Shown: positions 39,002-49,639, numbered from the stretch's first letter. The stretch is DNA of 64,000 bases from an uncultured Clostridia bacterium (GCA_947632605.1 CANRPX010000001.1:116535-180534); one strand, 5' to 3'. Notes: generated by a model not told the origin, from the sequence alone. Translations and numbers: made by a program.

Positions 39002-39077
39002 TGGCTCCTCTTGTTGGACTCGAACCAACGACCTATCGGTTAACAGCCGAGCGCTCTACCAACTGAGCTAAAGAGGA
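39002..39077 (-). tRNA. tRNA-Asn (GTT)
   Basis: Cloverleaf read by hand: acceptor UCCUCUU/AAGAGGA, anticodon loop CUGUUAA, T-arm GGUUCGAGUCC, encoded CCA. Confidence 0.9.
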
Positions 39078-39331
39078 ATATATTTTTTGAACAAAATTAT
39101 TATATAGTATTATATTTATATATGCAAGTTTTTATTCAAAAAAAATATATTTTTTTATTATTTACTATATAGAAATTTATATATTTTTATGTTATAAAAA
39201 GTATAAGAAATATAGTTAATAAATTATTTATTAAAATTCAAAATCTTTAAAAAACTTATTTATTCTTTAAAAATCTCTTTATTTCTTTAAAATTCTATGA
39301 TATAATATTTAAATCTTTAGTTAGGAGATTT

Positions 39332-40093
39332 TTGATTTTGAGTAAATTTTTTGTGAAGACAAATCAAATAGAAAATAATAAAATAAATATAATTGGTGAA
39401 GATGTTAATCACATAAAAAATGTTTTAAGATTAAATGTTAATGATAAAATTAATATATGTGATAATGATAACTCAAAAAACTATAAATGTGAAATAATAA
39501 ATATAAGTTCAAACAAAATAGAATGTGAAATATTAGAAGAATTACAAGAAAGCTCAGAAGGAAATGTAAATTTGCATATTTTTCAGGGTTTACCAAAAGC
39601 AGATAAAATGGAACTTGTTATTCAAAAAGGAACAGAACTTGGAGTTAGTAAATTTATACCAGTAAATTTAAAAAGATGTATAGTTAAAATCTCTGAAAAA
39701 GATGAATCAAAAAAAATTGATAGATGGAGAAAGATTGCAGAAGTTGCAGCTAAACAGTGTGGAAGAGATTTAATACCAATTGTAACAAATGTAGAAAATA
39801 TTAATACTTTATGTGAGAAAATAAAAGAATATGATTTAGCAATAGTAGCTTATGAAAATGAAAAAGAAAATTATATTAAAAATGAATTGAAAAAAATAAA
39901 AAATCAAAAAGAGCAATATAAAATAGCTGTAATAATTGGACCTGAAGGCGGAATAGATGAAGAAGAAATAAAAAAATTAAAGGCATCAGGAGCAAAAATT
40001 GTAACTTTAGGAAAAAGAATTTTAAGAACTGAAACAGTGGCAATGCAAGTTTCTTCTATAATTATGTATGAACTTGAAAACGGAGGAATATAG
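39332..40093 (+). CDS. rsmE: 16S rRNA (uracil1498-N3)-methyltransferase
   Basis: IGPEGG motif and PUA-like N-terminus. The start may be the second TTG at 39338. Confidence 0.8.
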   Translation: MILSKFFVKTNQIENNKINIIGEDVNHIKNVLRLNVNDKINICDNDNSKNYKCEIINISSNKIECEILEELQESSEGNVNLHIFQGLPKADKMELVIQKGTELGVSKFIPVNLKRCIVKISEKDESKKIDRWRKIAEVAAKQCGRDLIPIVTNVENINTLCEKIKEYDLAIVAYENEKENYIKNELKKIKNQKEQYKIAVIIGPEGGIDEEEIKKLKASGAKIVTLGKRILRTETVAMQVSSIIMYELENGGI

Positions 40094-40095
40094 TA

Positions 40096-40728
40096 TTGGA
40101 CAAAGCCAAACTAATGCAATTAGAAATTGATAAAAAAAGAAGATTGCCTGATAAAATAAAAGATAATATTAGTACAGATATTTTTCAAAATATATTAGCA
40201 GCAATAATTATTATTGGATATTTATTTGCTATAAATATGATTTACTATAATTTTGAAAGTGATATATTTGAAGAATATTTAAAATATTTTGCTTTAGGAA
40301 TAATCTTTTTTACAATTATAATTTTTGAAGTTTCTTATAGAAAAAAGAGTTTTAAATTTTGTTTTATAGGAATAGAACTTTTAATTTGTGCAGTATTATC
40401 ACTATATATTCCTTATATTTATTTACACACAACAAGAAAATTAAGAATGGAAATAATGATTTTACCAGCAATATTAGTTGTTTATTATGCAATAAAATCA
40501 ATCTTAATTTTTAAACAAAAGAAATTTAGTTATCAAAATAATTTAAGTGATGTAAAAGAAATGATGCAATATACTGAAAAAACAAGTTATTTAGATGAAG
40601 ATAGTACAAAAACATATAGAGAAAAAACAAAAGAGGAAGAAAAAATAAGACAAGAAATAATAAATGAGCAAAAGGAAAGAAAACTAAAAAAACAAAGAGA
40701 AAAAAATAAAAAGAAAAGAGGACAATAA
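40096..40728 (+). CDS. Hypothetical membrane protein with a K/E-rich tail
   Basis: Four TM helices and a charged C-terminus. Confidence 0.5.
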   Translation: MDKAKLMQLEIDKKRRLPDKIKDNISTDIFQNILAAIIIIGYLFAINMIYYNFESDIFEEYLKYFALGIIFFTIIIFEVSYRKKSFKFCFIGIELLICAVLSLYIPYIYLHTTRKLRMEIMILPAILVVYYAIKSILIFKQKKFSYQNNLSDVKEMMQYTEKTSYLDEDSTKTYREKTKEEEKIRQEIINEQKERKLKKQREKNKKKRGQ

Positions 40729-40729
40729 A

Positions 40730-41605
40730 TTGATTAAAAGTATGACAGGCTTCGGTCGAGGAAAATATGAAAATGATGGAAGAACCTATACTGTTGAAAT
40801 AAAATCAGTAAATCATAAATATACAGATATAAATATAAGAATTCCTAGATTTTTAAATAGTGTAGAAGATGAAATTAGAAAAAAAATAAATAATGCAATT
40901 TCAAGAGGAAAAATTGATGTTTTTATTAATTTTGAAAATTTTAGCAATAAAGGAAACGCTATAAGGATAAATAGAGAATTAGCAAAAGAATATCTAAAAG
41001 AGCTTAAAAGTTTGGCAGATGAAACTAATTTAGATTTCAATGTTAATGTAATAGATGTTTCTAGATTACCAGAAATATTAAAAATAGAAGATGAAGAAGA
41101 TGGAGAATTAATTTCTTCTGAACTTATGTTAGCAGTTGATGAAGCTATTCAAAATTTTGTTAAAATGAGAGAAACAGAAGGAATTAAATTAATTGAAGAT
41201 ATTGAAAAGAGAATATATTTAATTAAAGAGAAAGTAGAAGAAATAACATCATTTTCAAGTAATTTAGTTGAAGAATATATAGAAAAATTAAAAAGTAGAG
41301 TAGATGAATTATTAAAACCTGGAACAGTTGATGAAACTAGATTAATGCAAGAAATAGTAATATTTTCAGATAAATCTTCAATAGAAGAAGAACTTACTAG
41401 ATTGAAAAGTCATATATCACAATTTTTGAATTTAATAAAACAACCTTCTCCAATTGGTAAAAAAATGGATTTTCTTGTACAAGAAATAAATAGAGAAGTA
41501 AATACAATTGGTTCAAAAGCAAATTGTTTAGAAATAACAAATAGAGTTATTGAAATTAAAACAGAAGTTGAAAACATAAGAGAACAAATTCAAAATATAG
41601 AATAG
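40730..41605 (+). CDS. yicC: YicC-family stress-induced protein
   Basis: MIKSMTGFGR start and C-terminal EINREVNTIGSKA motif. Confidence 0.8.
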   Translation: MIKSMTGFGRGKYENDGRTYTVEIKSVNHKYTDINIRIPRFLNSVEDEIRKKINNAISRGKIDVFINFENFSNKGNAIRINRELAKEYLKELKSLADETNLDFNVNVIDVSRLPEILKIEDEEDGELISSELMLAVDEAIQNFVKMRETEGIKLIEDIEKRIYLIKEKVEEITSFSSNLVEEYIEKLKSRVDELLKPGTVDETRLMQEIVIFSDKSSIEEELTRLKSHISQFLNLIKQPSPIGKKMDFLVQEINREVNTIGSKANCLEITNRVIEIKTEVENIREQIQNIE

Positions 41606-41652
41606 TTTTATAGATTTTTTTAAAATCTAAATATGAAAGAAAGAGGTATATT

Positions 41653-41907
41653 ATGCAACTTATTAATATTGGTTTTGGAAATATAGTTTCAGCTGAAAGA
41701 ATAATATCAATTGTAAGTCCAGATTCAGCACCAATAAAAAGACTTGTTCAAGAAGCAAAAGATGGAAAGACAGCAATTGATGCAACTTATGGAAGAAGAA
41801 CAAGATCAGTTATTATTATGGATTCTGGCCATATAATATTATCAGCAGTTCAGCCAGAAACCATTGCAGGAAGAGTTGATACAGGATTAGATAATGTTGA
41901 AGAATAA
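41653..41907 (+). CDS. remA: RemA/DUF370 family regulator
   Basis: [27 protein letters not shown]. Confidence 0.85.
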   Translation: MQLINIGFGNIVSAERIISIVSPDSAPIKRLVQEAKDGKTAIDATYGRRTRSVIIMDSGHIILSAVQPETIAGRVDTGLDNVEE

Positions 41908-41931
41908 TTAAAAATTAGGAGGTATTTTAAA

Positions 41932-42141
41932 ATGGTAGTAAAACCAACAGTAGCAGAATTGCTAGAAAAAGTTAATGATAACAGATATTCTTTAGTAATA
42001 ATGACTGCAAAAAGAGCAAGACAAATTGCAGATGGAGATACTGTCAGAACAAAGATTAAAGCAAGATCTGCTGTAACCTTAGCTGCTCATGAAATAGCAG
42101 AAGGAAAAGTCACAAAAGTAGATGATTCAGAAGAAGAATAA
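41932..42141 (+). CDS. rpoZ: RNA polymerase omega subunit
   Basis: NRYSLVIMTAKRARQI. Confidence 0.85.
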   Translation: MVVKPTVAELLEKVNDNRYSLVIMTAKRARQIADGDTVRTKIKARSAVTLAAHEIAEGKVTKVDDSEEE

Positions 42142-42158
42142 AATATTTAAAGAGGTAT

Positions 42159-42722
42159 TTGATTATGTTAGTTATAGTATCAGGAGTAGCAGGTGCAGGA
42201 AAAGACACAATAAAAAAAGAAATTATTAAAAGAATGGAAAATGTAAAATCAATTCCATCTTTGACAACTAGAACTCCAAGAGAAGGAGATATTCCAGGAG
42301 AAACATATATATTTTTATCAAAAGAAGAATTTGAAGAAAAAATTAGAAATGATGAGATATATGAATACGATATTCATCATAATCATTATTATGGAACTTC
42401 TAAAAAAATATTAAATGATGCATCAAAAGAAGGAATTATAATTAAAGATATAGATGTAAATGGAACAGAAGCATTAAAAAATACTTTGAAAGATATAAAA
42501 ATAGTAACTATATTTCTAAGAGTACCTAAAGAAGAATTAAGAAAAAGATTAGAAAATAGAATAGATAAACCATCAGAAGGTGAAATAATTCTTAGATTAA
42601 ATAGATTTGATTATGAAGAATCTAGAATAAATCTATATGATTATGTACTTAAAAATGATGATTTAGAAAAAACGGTAAATATAATTGAAGAAATTATAAG
42701 ACAAGAAAGTAAAAATAATTAA
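42159..42722 (+). CDS. gmk: Guanylate kinase-like protein
   Basis: P-loop SGVAGAGKDT. TTRTPREGDIPGETYIF motif. Confidence 0.7.
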   Translation: MIMLVIVSGVAGAGKDTIKKEIIKRMENVKSIPSLTTRTPREGDIPGETYIFLSKEEFEEKIRNDEIYEYDIHHNHYYGTSKKILNDASKEGIIIKDIDVNGTEALKNTLKDIKIVTIFLRVPKEELRKRLENRIDKPSEGEIILRLNRFDYEESRINLYDYVLKNDDLEKTVNIIEEIIRQESKNN

Positions 42723-42732
42723 AAGATAAAAA

Positions 42733-42767
42733 ATACATCTTAAATTTATTTTGAGATGTATTTTTTT
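42733..42767 (+). terminator. Rho-independent terminator
   Basis: atacatct-N13-agatgtat followed by T7. Confidence 0.55.
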
Positions 42768-42865
42768 ATTAGCAATTAATTTAAATAAAGAAAAACTTAA
42801 GATTTCTTAATATTTACTAAAAGTAAAATTTATGCTAGAATGTTAAATGAATTAAAGGAGACAAA

Positions 42866-45097
42866 ATGTTTGCTGAAGTTATAATAAATAGTAATGCAAG
42901 ACAACTTAATAAAGTATTTGATTATATAGTACCAATAGAAATGGAAAATTCTATAAAAGTTGGTGCTAGAGTTTTTGTGCCATTTGGAAAAGGAGAAAAA
43001 CTAGAAGATGGTTTTGTTATTGATTTAAAGGAAACTTCAGAGTTTGCAAACAAAGAAATTAAAAAGATTCAAAAAGGAAATAGTATTTCAGAAAGTAATA
43101 TAACTTTAGCAAAATTGATGTCCAGAAAATATTTTTGCAATATTTCAGAATGTATTAAATTAATGTTGCCACCAAGAACTGGTGGTAAAAAGATAGAAAA
43201 CAGAGTAAAAGAAAAAACTGGAAATTTTGTATTCTTAAAAAAAGAAAAAGAAGAAATAGATTTTTTAATAGATACTGAAAAAATAAGAAGTGATAAACAT
43301 ATAAGAGCTCTAAAATTTTTAGAAGATAATGATGGAATATATAAGTCAGATTTAGAGGTTTTAGCAGATGTAAGTCCTTCTATTATAAAAACATTAGAAA
43401 AAAATGGATATATAGAAATTGTAGAAAAACAAATTGAAAGAAATCCATTTATACATAAAAATATCGAAAAAGATTTTCCAAAAAACTTAAATAAAGAACA
43501 AAAAAAGTGTTTTGATAGTATAGCTTCTTGTATAGATAATAACGAATTTTCAAAACATTTAATATATGGAATTACAGGTTCTGGAAAAACTGAAATATAC
43601 TTACAATTAATAGATAGAGTATTGATGCAAGGAAAAGATGCTATTGTGTTAGTACCAGAAATATCTTTAACACCACAAATGGTAAATAGATTTTTAGCTA
43701 GATTTGGTAGCATAGTCGCAGTTCTTCATAGTAAATTATCAATTGGAGAACGATATGATGAATGGCAAAAAATAGCAAAAGGAGAAGCTAAAATAGTTAT
43801 TGGTGCAAGATCTGCAATTTTTGCTCCAGTAAAAAATCTTGGAATAATTATTATTGATGAAGAACATGATATGTCTTATAAGGCAGATTCAACTCCAAGA
43901 TATAATGCTAAAGATATAGCAAAATATATAGCAAAAGAAAATAATTGTCCACTTGTGCTTGGAAGTGCTACACCAGAAATAAATACAATGTATCAAGCAA
44001 AAAATAATGAAATATCTTTATATACATTAACAAAAAGAGCAAATAATACTAATCTTCCAGAAGTAGAAGTTGTAGACTTAAGAAATGAATTAGCTAGTGG
44101 TAATAGATCAATGTTAAGTTTAAAACTTCAAAAGGAAATTGAAAATAATTTAAAAAATAAAAAACAAACAATTTTATTTTTAAATAGAAGAGGATATTCT
44201 ACTTTTGTAATGTGTAGAGAATGTGGATATGTTGCAAAATGCAAAAATTGTAATATAAGTTTAACTTATCATATTAGAGAAAATAAGTTAAAATGCCATT
44301 ATTGTGGATATGAAATTAATAATATAACAGAATGTCCAAATTGTAAGAGCAAAAAGGTAAAGTATTTTGGAAGTGGAACTCAAAAATTAGAAGATGAAAT
44401 TCACAAACTTTATCCAGAAGCTACTACTATTAGAATGGATATAGATACAGTTAGTAAAAAGAATTCTCATGAAGAAATTTTAGATAAATTTAAAAATGAT
44501 AATATAGACATTTTAATTGGAACACAAATGGTAGTTAAAGGACATCATTTTCCAAAAGTAACTTTGGTTGGTGTAGTTTCAGCAGATAGTAGTTTAAATT
44601 TGGATGATTATAGAGCTGTTGAAAAAACATTTCAAACTTTGGTACAAGTTGCTGGAAGAAGTGGAAGAGAAGAAAGTGGAAAAGTAATAATTCAAACTTA
44701 TAATCCAGATCATTATGCAATAATTGAAGCTCAAAAACAAGATTATGACTTGTTTTATAATCAAGAATTGGATTTAAGAAAAATGTTGAATTATCCACCA
44801 TTTTGCGATATAATGCTTATTAGATTTTCTGGAAAAAATTTAGAAGAAATTAAAAAAATATCTAATATAGTTTATAAAAAGATTAAAGATATAAATAATG
44901 AAAATATTTACATTTATAAACCAGTTCCTTCACCAATAGATAAAATTAAGAATAAATATAGATGGAGAATTGTAATAAAATGTAAACTTACAACAAGGGT
45001 TTTAGATATTATAAATTATGCTATTCAAGATGATAAAATAAAAAAATATAAAGATACAAGTATTATTGTAGATATTAATCCTAATAGTATGAATTAG
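42866..45097 (+). CDS. priA: Primosomal replication-restart helicase PriA
   Basis: GITGSGKTE, DEEHD and the Cys4-Cys4 zinc-finger region. Confidence 0.9.
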   Translation: MFAEVIINSNARQLNKVFDYIVPIEMENSIKVGARVFVPFGKGEKLEDGFVIDLKETSEFANKEIKKIQKGNSISESNITLAKLMSRKYFCNISECIKLMLPPRTGGKKIENRVKEKTGNFVFLKKEKEEIDFLIDTEKIRSDKHIRALKFLEDNDGIYKSDLEVLADVSPSIIKTLEKNGYIEIVEKQIERNPFIHKNIEKDFPKNLNKEQKKCFDSIASCIDNNEFSKHLIYGITGSGKTEIYLQLIDRVLMQGKDAIVLVPEISLTPQMVNRFLARFGSIVAVLHSKLSIGERYDEWQKIAKGEAKIVIGARSAIFAPVKNLGIIIIDEEHDMSYKADSTPRYNAKDIAKYIAKENNCPLVLGSATPEINTMYQAKNNEISLYTLTKRANNTNLPEVEVVDLRNELASGNRSMLSLKLQKEIENNLKNKKQTILFLNRRGYSTFVMCRECGYVAKCKNCNISLTYHIRENKLKCHYCGYEINNITECPNCKSKKVKYFGSGTQKLEDEIHKLYPEATTIRMDIDTVSKKNSHEEILDKFKNDNIDILIGTQMVVKGHHFPKVTLVGVVSADSSLNLDDYRAVEKTFQTLVQVAGRSGREESGKVIIQTYNPDHYAIIEAQKQDYDLFYNQELDLRKMLNYPPFCDIMLIRFSGKNLEEIKKISNIVYKKIKDINNENIYIYKPVPSPIDKIKNKYRWRIVIKCKLTTRVLDIINYAIQDDKIKKYKDTSIIVDINPNSMN

Positions 45098-45110
45098 AAA
45101 GGAAGTTAAA

Positions 45111-45599
45111 ATGGCAATTAGAAATCTAAGATATGAAAATGATGAAATCCTTAAAAAAACTTCAAGAGAAATTAATGTTATAGATGATAAAATTAAAGAA
45201 CTTGCAGAAGATATGATGGAAACTATGCATAAATGGGATGGAGTTGGTTTGGCGGCTGTTCAAGTTGGTGTTTTAAAAAGAATAATAGTAATTGATTTAT
45301 ATGATGAAAATAAAACACAATATACTTTAATTAATCCTGTAATTATAAAACAAAAAGGAGAACAAGAAGTTGATGAAGGATGCTTAAGTTTTCCTAACCA
45401 ATTTGGAAAAGTTAAAAGACCAAAAGAAGTAGTGGTAGAAGCATTAGATATAAATGGTAAAAAGATTACAATAAAAGCTAAAGATTTACTTGCACAAGCA
45501 TTATGCCATGAGATTGACCATTTAAATGGAATAGTATTTACTGAAAAAGTAGAACCAGGAACTTTAGAAAAAGTTAATCCAGAAGAAAATAAAAAATAA
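45111..45599 (+). CDS. def: Peptide deformylase
   Basis: GVGLAAVQ, EGCLSFP and HEIDHLNG motifs. Confidence 0.9.
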   Translation: MAIRNLRYENDEILKKTSREINVIDDKIKELAEDMMETMHKWDGVGLAAVQVGVLKRIIVIDLYDENKTQYTLINPVIIKQKGEQEVDEGCLSFPNQFGKVKRPKEVVVEALDINGKKITIKAKDLLAQALCHEIDHLNGIVFTEKVEPGTLEKVNPEENKK

Positions 45600-45617
45600 T
45601 TTGAAAGGAAAATATTA

Positions 45618-46586
45618 ATGAAAATTCTTTTTATGGGAACACCTGATTTTGCTAGGGATTCCTTAGAAAAATTATATGAAAATGGATATGATATTTGTGG
45701 TGTAGTAACAACTCCTGATAGACCAGCAGGAAGAGGAATGAAATTAGTTTCTTCTCCAGTTAAAGAATATGCTATTTCAAAAAACTTAAAAATTTTTCAA
45801 CCAGAAAAAATATCAAATAATAAAGAATTCAAAGAAGAAATTAAAAATTTGGCTCCTGATTTAGTTTGTGTTGTTTCTTATGGAGTAATTCTTCCTAAAT
45901 CTTTTTTAAATATTCCTAAATTAGGATGTATAAATGTTCATCCATCAATGCTTCCAAAATATAGAGGATCAGCTCCTATTCAATGGGCAGTTTTAAATGG
46001 AGATAAAACCACTGGTGTTACTATAATGTATCTTAATGAGGAAATGGATGCAGGTGATATAATAAATCAAAAGGAAGTTGAAATTGGAGAAGATGAATCA
46101 TCCGGAGAATTATGGAATAGACTTTCTAAAGTAGGTGCTGATTTATTACTTTTTACAATAAAGCAAATAGAGCAAGGCACTGAAAAAAGAATACCTCAAG
46201 TAGGAGAATATACTTTAGCACCAATGCTAAATAAAGAAATGTCTAAAATTAATTGGAAAGAAAAAAAAGCAGAAGAAATAAAAAATCTAGTAAGAGGCTT
46301 AAATCCTATTATGGGAACATATACTTTCTTAAATGGTAAAAAAATAAAATTCTGGAAAGTACAAAAAATAGAAAATGATGAATTTATAAAAGAAAATAAT
46401 AATATAGATATAAAAAATGCAAAAGAAGGAGAAGTTCTTTTAGCAAATGAAAAAAAAGGACTTTTTATAAAAGCAATAAATGGAGTGATTTCTGTACTTG
46501 AAATACAAGGCGAAAATGCAAAAAAAATGAGTATATATGATTTCTTGAGAGGAAATAAAATACAAGAAAAAGATATATTTGAATAA
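45618..46586 (+). CDS. fmt: Methionyl-tRNA formyltransferase
   Basis: HPSMLPKYRGSAPIQ motif. Confidence 0.9.
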   Translation: MKILFMGTPDFARDSLEKLYENGYDICGVVTTPDRPAGRGMKLVSSPVKEYAISKNLKIFQPEKISNNKEFKEEIKNLAPDLVCVVSYGVILPKSFLNIPKLGCINVHPSMLPKYRGSAPIQWAVLNGDKTTGVTIMYLNEEMDAGDIINQKEVEIGEDESSGELWNRLSKVGADLLLFTIKQIEQGTEKRIPQVGEYTLAPMLNKEMSKINWKEKKAEEIKNLVRGLNPIMGTYTFLNGKKIKFWKVQKIENDEFIKENNNIDIKNAKEGEVLLANEKKGLFIKAINGVISVLEIQGENAKKMSIYDFLRGNKIQEKDIFE

Positions 46587-46649
46587 CTCTTGTAAAAAAA
46601 TGATTATATTGATATACTAATTATTAGTAAAAAAGATTATTAAGGAGGG

Positions 46650-47087
46650 ATGTACATTATGGAAGAAAACAAAGAAGAATTAGAAGTTTCTGAAGAAGAA
46701 ATATCAGTAGAAGGAAATGATACTGTAAAAATATCAAATGAAGCAGTTGCAACTTATGCTGGAATTGCAGTTTCAGAAGTTTCAGGTGTATATGGTATGG
46801 CAGGAGGCTTTGCTGGTATAACAGAGGCACTAAGTGGAAAGAAAAATTTGGCAAAAGGTATAAGAGTAGATGTAGGCGAAAAAGAAGCGAAAATAGATGT
46901 AAATATAATAGTTGAATATGGAGCTAGAATTCCAGAGGTAGCTTTTGAGATTCAATCAAGAGTAAAAAAATCAGTTGAAAATATGACAGGATTAAAAGTT
47001 TTAGAAGTTAATGTTCATGTACAAGGTGTTCATGCAGTAAGTGAAAACAAAAAACAAGAAGATGAAGAAGAACCAAATGAAGAATAA
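46650..47087 (+). CDS. Asp23/Gls24-family envelope stress protein
   Basis: Asp23-like core (VKISNEAVATYAGIAVSEVSGV). Confidence 0.8.
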   Translation: MYIMEENKEELEVSEEEISVEGNDTVKISNEAVATYAGIAVSEVSGVYGMAGGFAGITEALSGKKNLAKGIRVDVGEKEAKIDVNIIVEYGARIPEVAFEIQSRVKKSVENMTGLKVLEVNVHVQGVHAVSENKKQEDEEEPNEE

Positions 47088-47101
47088 AGAGGAGAAAAAT
47101 T

Positions 47102-47749
47102 ATGAAATTTTTAGATAAACTAGCTTTAAAAATATTTTCAATAATAATAGTTGTAATTACTATTACTGCAATATTGTTAATTACAAATATTATTTCAATT
47201 GATGTGATAGTAGAAAAAATATCATTACTTTCTCAATATGGAGATGTTGCTTTTCAAGCTGCAATTGCAGTAATTGCAGTATTATTGCTACTTGCAATAA
47301 AAGGTTTATTTTTTACAAGTAAATCAGATGATACTAGTAAAGATGGTATTATTTTAGAGAATGCAAGTGGGAAATTAGTAATATCAAAAGAAAGTTTAGA
47401 AAGTTTAATTGCAAGTGTAGTAAAAGAAATTCCAGGGGCAGAAACTGTTTCAAGTAGAACTTTTCTAGATAAACACAAAAATTTAATAGTTTTTGTAACA
47501 GCTGTTGTAAGTAAAGATGTTATGCTAAAAGATATATCAAATGAATTACAACAAAGAATAAAAGAAACAATGAGAAGAACAGCTGATTTAGAAGTTAAAG
47601 AAGTTAATATAAAAATTAAAAATATTATTTCAAAGAAAATAAAAGGATTGCCTGCAGCTAGTGCTATGGAAAAAGAAGAAGATTCTTCTGAAGAACAAAC
47701 AGAAGATGCAAGTGATAGCACACAAAAAAATGAAACAGGAGAGGAGTAA
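47102..47749 (+). CDS. amaP: AmaP-like membrane anchor for Asp23
   Basis: Two N-terminal TM helices and position after the asp23-family gene. Confidence 0.55.
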   Translation: MKFLDKLALKIFSIIIVVITITAILLITNIISIDVIVEKISLLSQYGDVAFQAAIAVIAVLLLLAIKGLFFTSKSDDTSKDGIILENASGKLVISKESLESLIASVVKEIPGAETVSSRTFLDKHKNLIVFVTAVVSKDVMLKDISNELQQRIKETMRRTADLEVKEVNIKIKNIISKKIKGLPAASAMEKEEDSSEEQTEDASDSTQKNETGEE

Positions 47750-47754
47750 TTTTT

Positions 47755-48024
47755 ATGAGCCAAAATAATAATGAAAATGAGAATGAAAATAATAATGAAA
47801 AAAATTTTAATTATTATCAAGAAAATAGTTTTAATTATTTTGTTTCAAAATACGGTGGAGCAGTAATAGGAGGATTAATCGCATTAATATTGTGTTTTAC
47901 AGAATTATATAAAATTTTAGTTTCAATAGTTATTGTATTAGCTGGTGTAGTTATAGGAAATTATGTACAAAAAAATAAATCAAATGTAAAAGAAAAATTA
48001 AAACAATTCATTGATAAATTTTAG
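47755..48024 (+). CDS. Small membrane protein (DUF2273-like)
   Basis: Two TM helices. Conserved third position in the asp23-amaP triad. Confidence 0.5.
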   Translation: MSQNNNENENENNNEKNFNYYQENSFNYFVSKYGGAVIGGLIALILCFTELYKILVSIVIVLAGVVIGNYVQKNKSNVKEKLKQFIDKF

Positions 48025-48033
48025 GAGGAAATA

Positions 48034-48462
48034 ATGCAAAGATCTGCAATGAGAGAATTAGCTTTCAAGTTAGTTTATGAAATAGAAATCCAAAAAAATG
48101 ATGAAGATGAACAACTTGAAATATTTGTTGAAAATAACGATATTACAGATGAAAAAGTTGTAGAATATTTAAAAGATATAAAAAATGGAATAAAAGCAAA
48201 TTTTGAAGAAATCAATAGATTGATTGAGAATAACCTTAAAGAAAATTGGAGTTTGAAAAGAATTTCTAAAATTAACTTAAGTTTAATTAAAATTGCTATT
48301 TATGAAATGTTATATAAAAATTTACCTTATAAAATAGCAATAAATGAAGTTGTAGAACTAGCAAAAAAATATGCAGATGAATCTGCTCCTATTTTTATTA
48401 ATGGAATACTTGCAAGTGTTGTAAAAGAAAAAAATTTAAATGGAGAAATTAATGAAAATTAA
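48034..48462 (+). CDS. nusB: Transcription antitermination factor NusB
   Basis: RSAMRELAFKLVYE start. Confidence 0.8.
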   Translation: MQRSAMRELAFKLVYEIEIQKNDEDEQLEIFVENNDITDEKVVEYLKDIKNGIKANFEEINRLIENNLKENWSLKRISKINLSLIKIAIYEMLYKNLPYKIAINEVVELAKKYADESAPIFINGILASVVKEKNLNGEINEN

Positions 48463-49639
48463 CCCTATTACTGTCGCTGAACTAAATAGATATATTAAAG
48501 ATAAAGTAGCAGATGATGAGTATTTAAACAGTGTATTTGTTAAGGGAGAAATTTCTAATTTTAAACATCATTATACAGGACACATGTATTTTACGTTAAA
48601 AGATGAAACTTCTCTTATAAAATGTATAATGTTTAAATCATATACTGCTACTTTAAATTTTGTTCCTAAAGATGGAATGAAAGTATTAGTTTTAGGATCT
48701 GTTGGTGTATTTGAAAGAGATGGTGTTTATCAAATATATGTTCAAGCAATGCAAGAAGATGGAATGGGAAATCTTTATACAGCTTATGAAGAATTAAAGA
48801 AAAAGCTTGAAGATGAGGGATTATTTGACCAAAAACATAAAAAAGCTATTCCGTTTATGCCTAAAATAATTGGAGTTTTAACTTCAAATACCGGTGCTGT
48901 TATTAGAGATATAATAAATGTATCTACTAGAAGAAATCCTAATGTTTATATAAGACTTTTACCAATACCTGTTCAAGGAGAAGGAGCAGGAAATAAAATT
49001 GCTAAAGCAATAAAACTTATGAATGAGAAAAAATTAGCAGATGTTATTATATTAGCAAGAGGTGGTGGATCTATTGAAGATTTATGGCCTTTTAATGAAG
49101 AAGTGGTTGCAAGAAGTATTTATGAATCTGAACTCCCAATTATTTCAGCAGTAGGACATGAAACAGATTTTACAATAGCTGATTTTGTTGCCGATTTAAG
49201 AGCTCCAACTCCTTCAGCTGCTGCTGAACTTGCAGTTGCAGATGTTTCAGAACTAAAAAATAGTATAGATTTGTATGAAAAAAGATTAAAAATATCTCTA
49301 AAAAGAAAAACAGAGATTATGAGACTTAGATATGAAAAATGTTTAAATTCAAAAGTTTATAAAGAACCATATCAAAGAATTAATGATTTTTATATGCAAA
49401 TAGAAAACAATATTAAAACTATGGAAAATATAACATCAAAGAAAATAAAAGATTGCAAAATTGAAGCAACAAAAATAATTACAAAATTAGATACTTTAAG
49501 TCCATTAAAAACTTTGACAAGAGGATATTGTGTTACTGAAATAGATAATAAAATTATTACAAAATCTTCTGATTTAAAAAGAGATATGGAAGTAAATTTA
49601 AGATTTTATGATGGAAATAAAAAAGCAAAAATTATTTGA
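48440..49639 (+). CDS. xseA: Exodeoxyribonuclease VII large subunit
   Basis: OB-fold N-terminus, ARGGGSIEDLWPFN motif. Confidence 0.85.
   Translation: MEKLMKINPITVAELNRYIKDKVADDEYLNSVFVKGEISNFKHHYTGHMYFTLKDETSLIKCIMFKSYTATLNFVPKDGMKVLVLGSVGVFERDGVYQIYVQAMQEDGMGNLYTAYEELKKKLEDEGLFDQKHKKAIPFMPKIIGVLTSNTGAVIRDIINVSTRRNPNVYIRLLPIPVQGEGAGNKIAKAIKLMNEKKLADVIILARGGGSIEDLWPFNEEVVARSIYESELPIISAVGHETDFTIADFVADLRAPTPSAAAELAVADVSELKNSIDLYEKRLKISLKRKTEIMRLRYEKCLNSKVYKEPYQRINDFYMQIENNIKTMENITSKKIKDCKIEATKIITKLDTLSPLKTLTRGYCVTEIDNKIITKSSDLKRDMEVNLRFYDGNKKAKII

Noticed and set aside
38849-39043. A 64-aa plus-strand ORF spanning the tRNA-Asn region.
   Set aside because: It overlaps the tRNA gene and its terminator and has no RBS. 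It is explained by the tRNA and the duplicated tRNA fragment.
43069-43713. A 214-aa minus-strand ORF inside priA and a 188-aa minus-strand ORF (47254-47820) opposite amaP.
   Set aside because: Both are fully embedded antisense to well-supported genes. They have no start context and a low-complexity hydrophobic composition.
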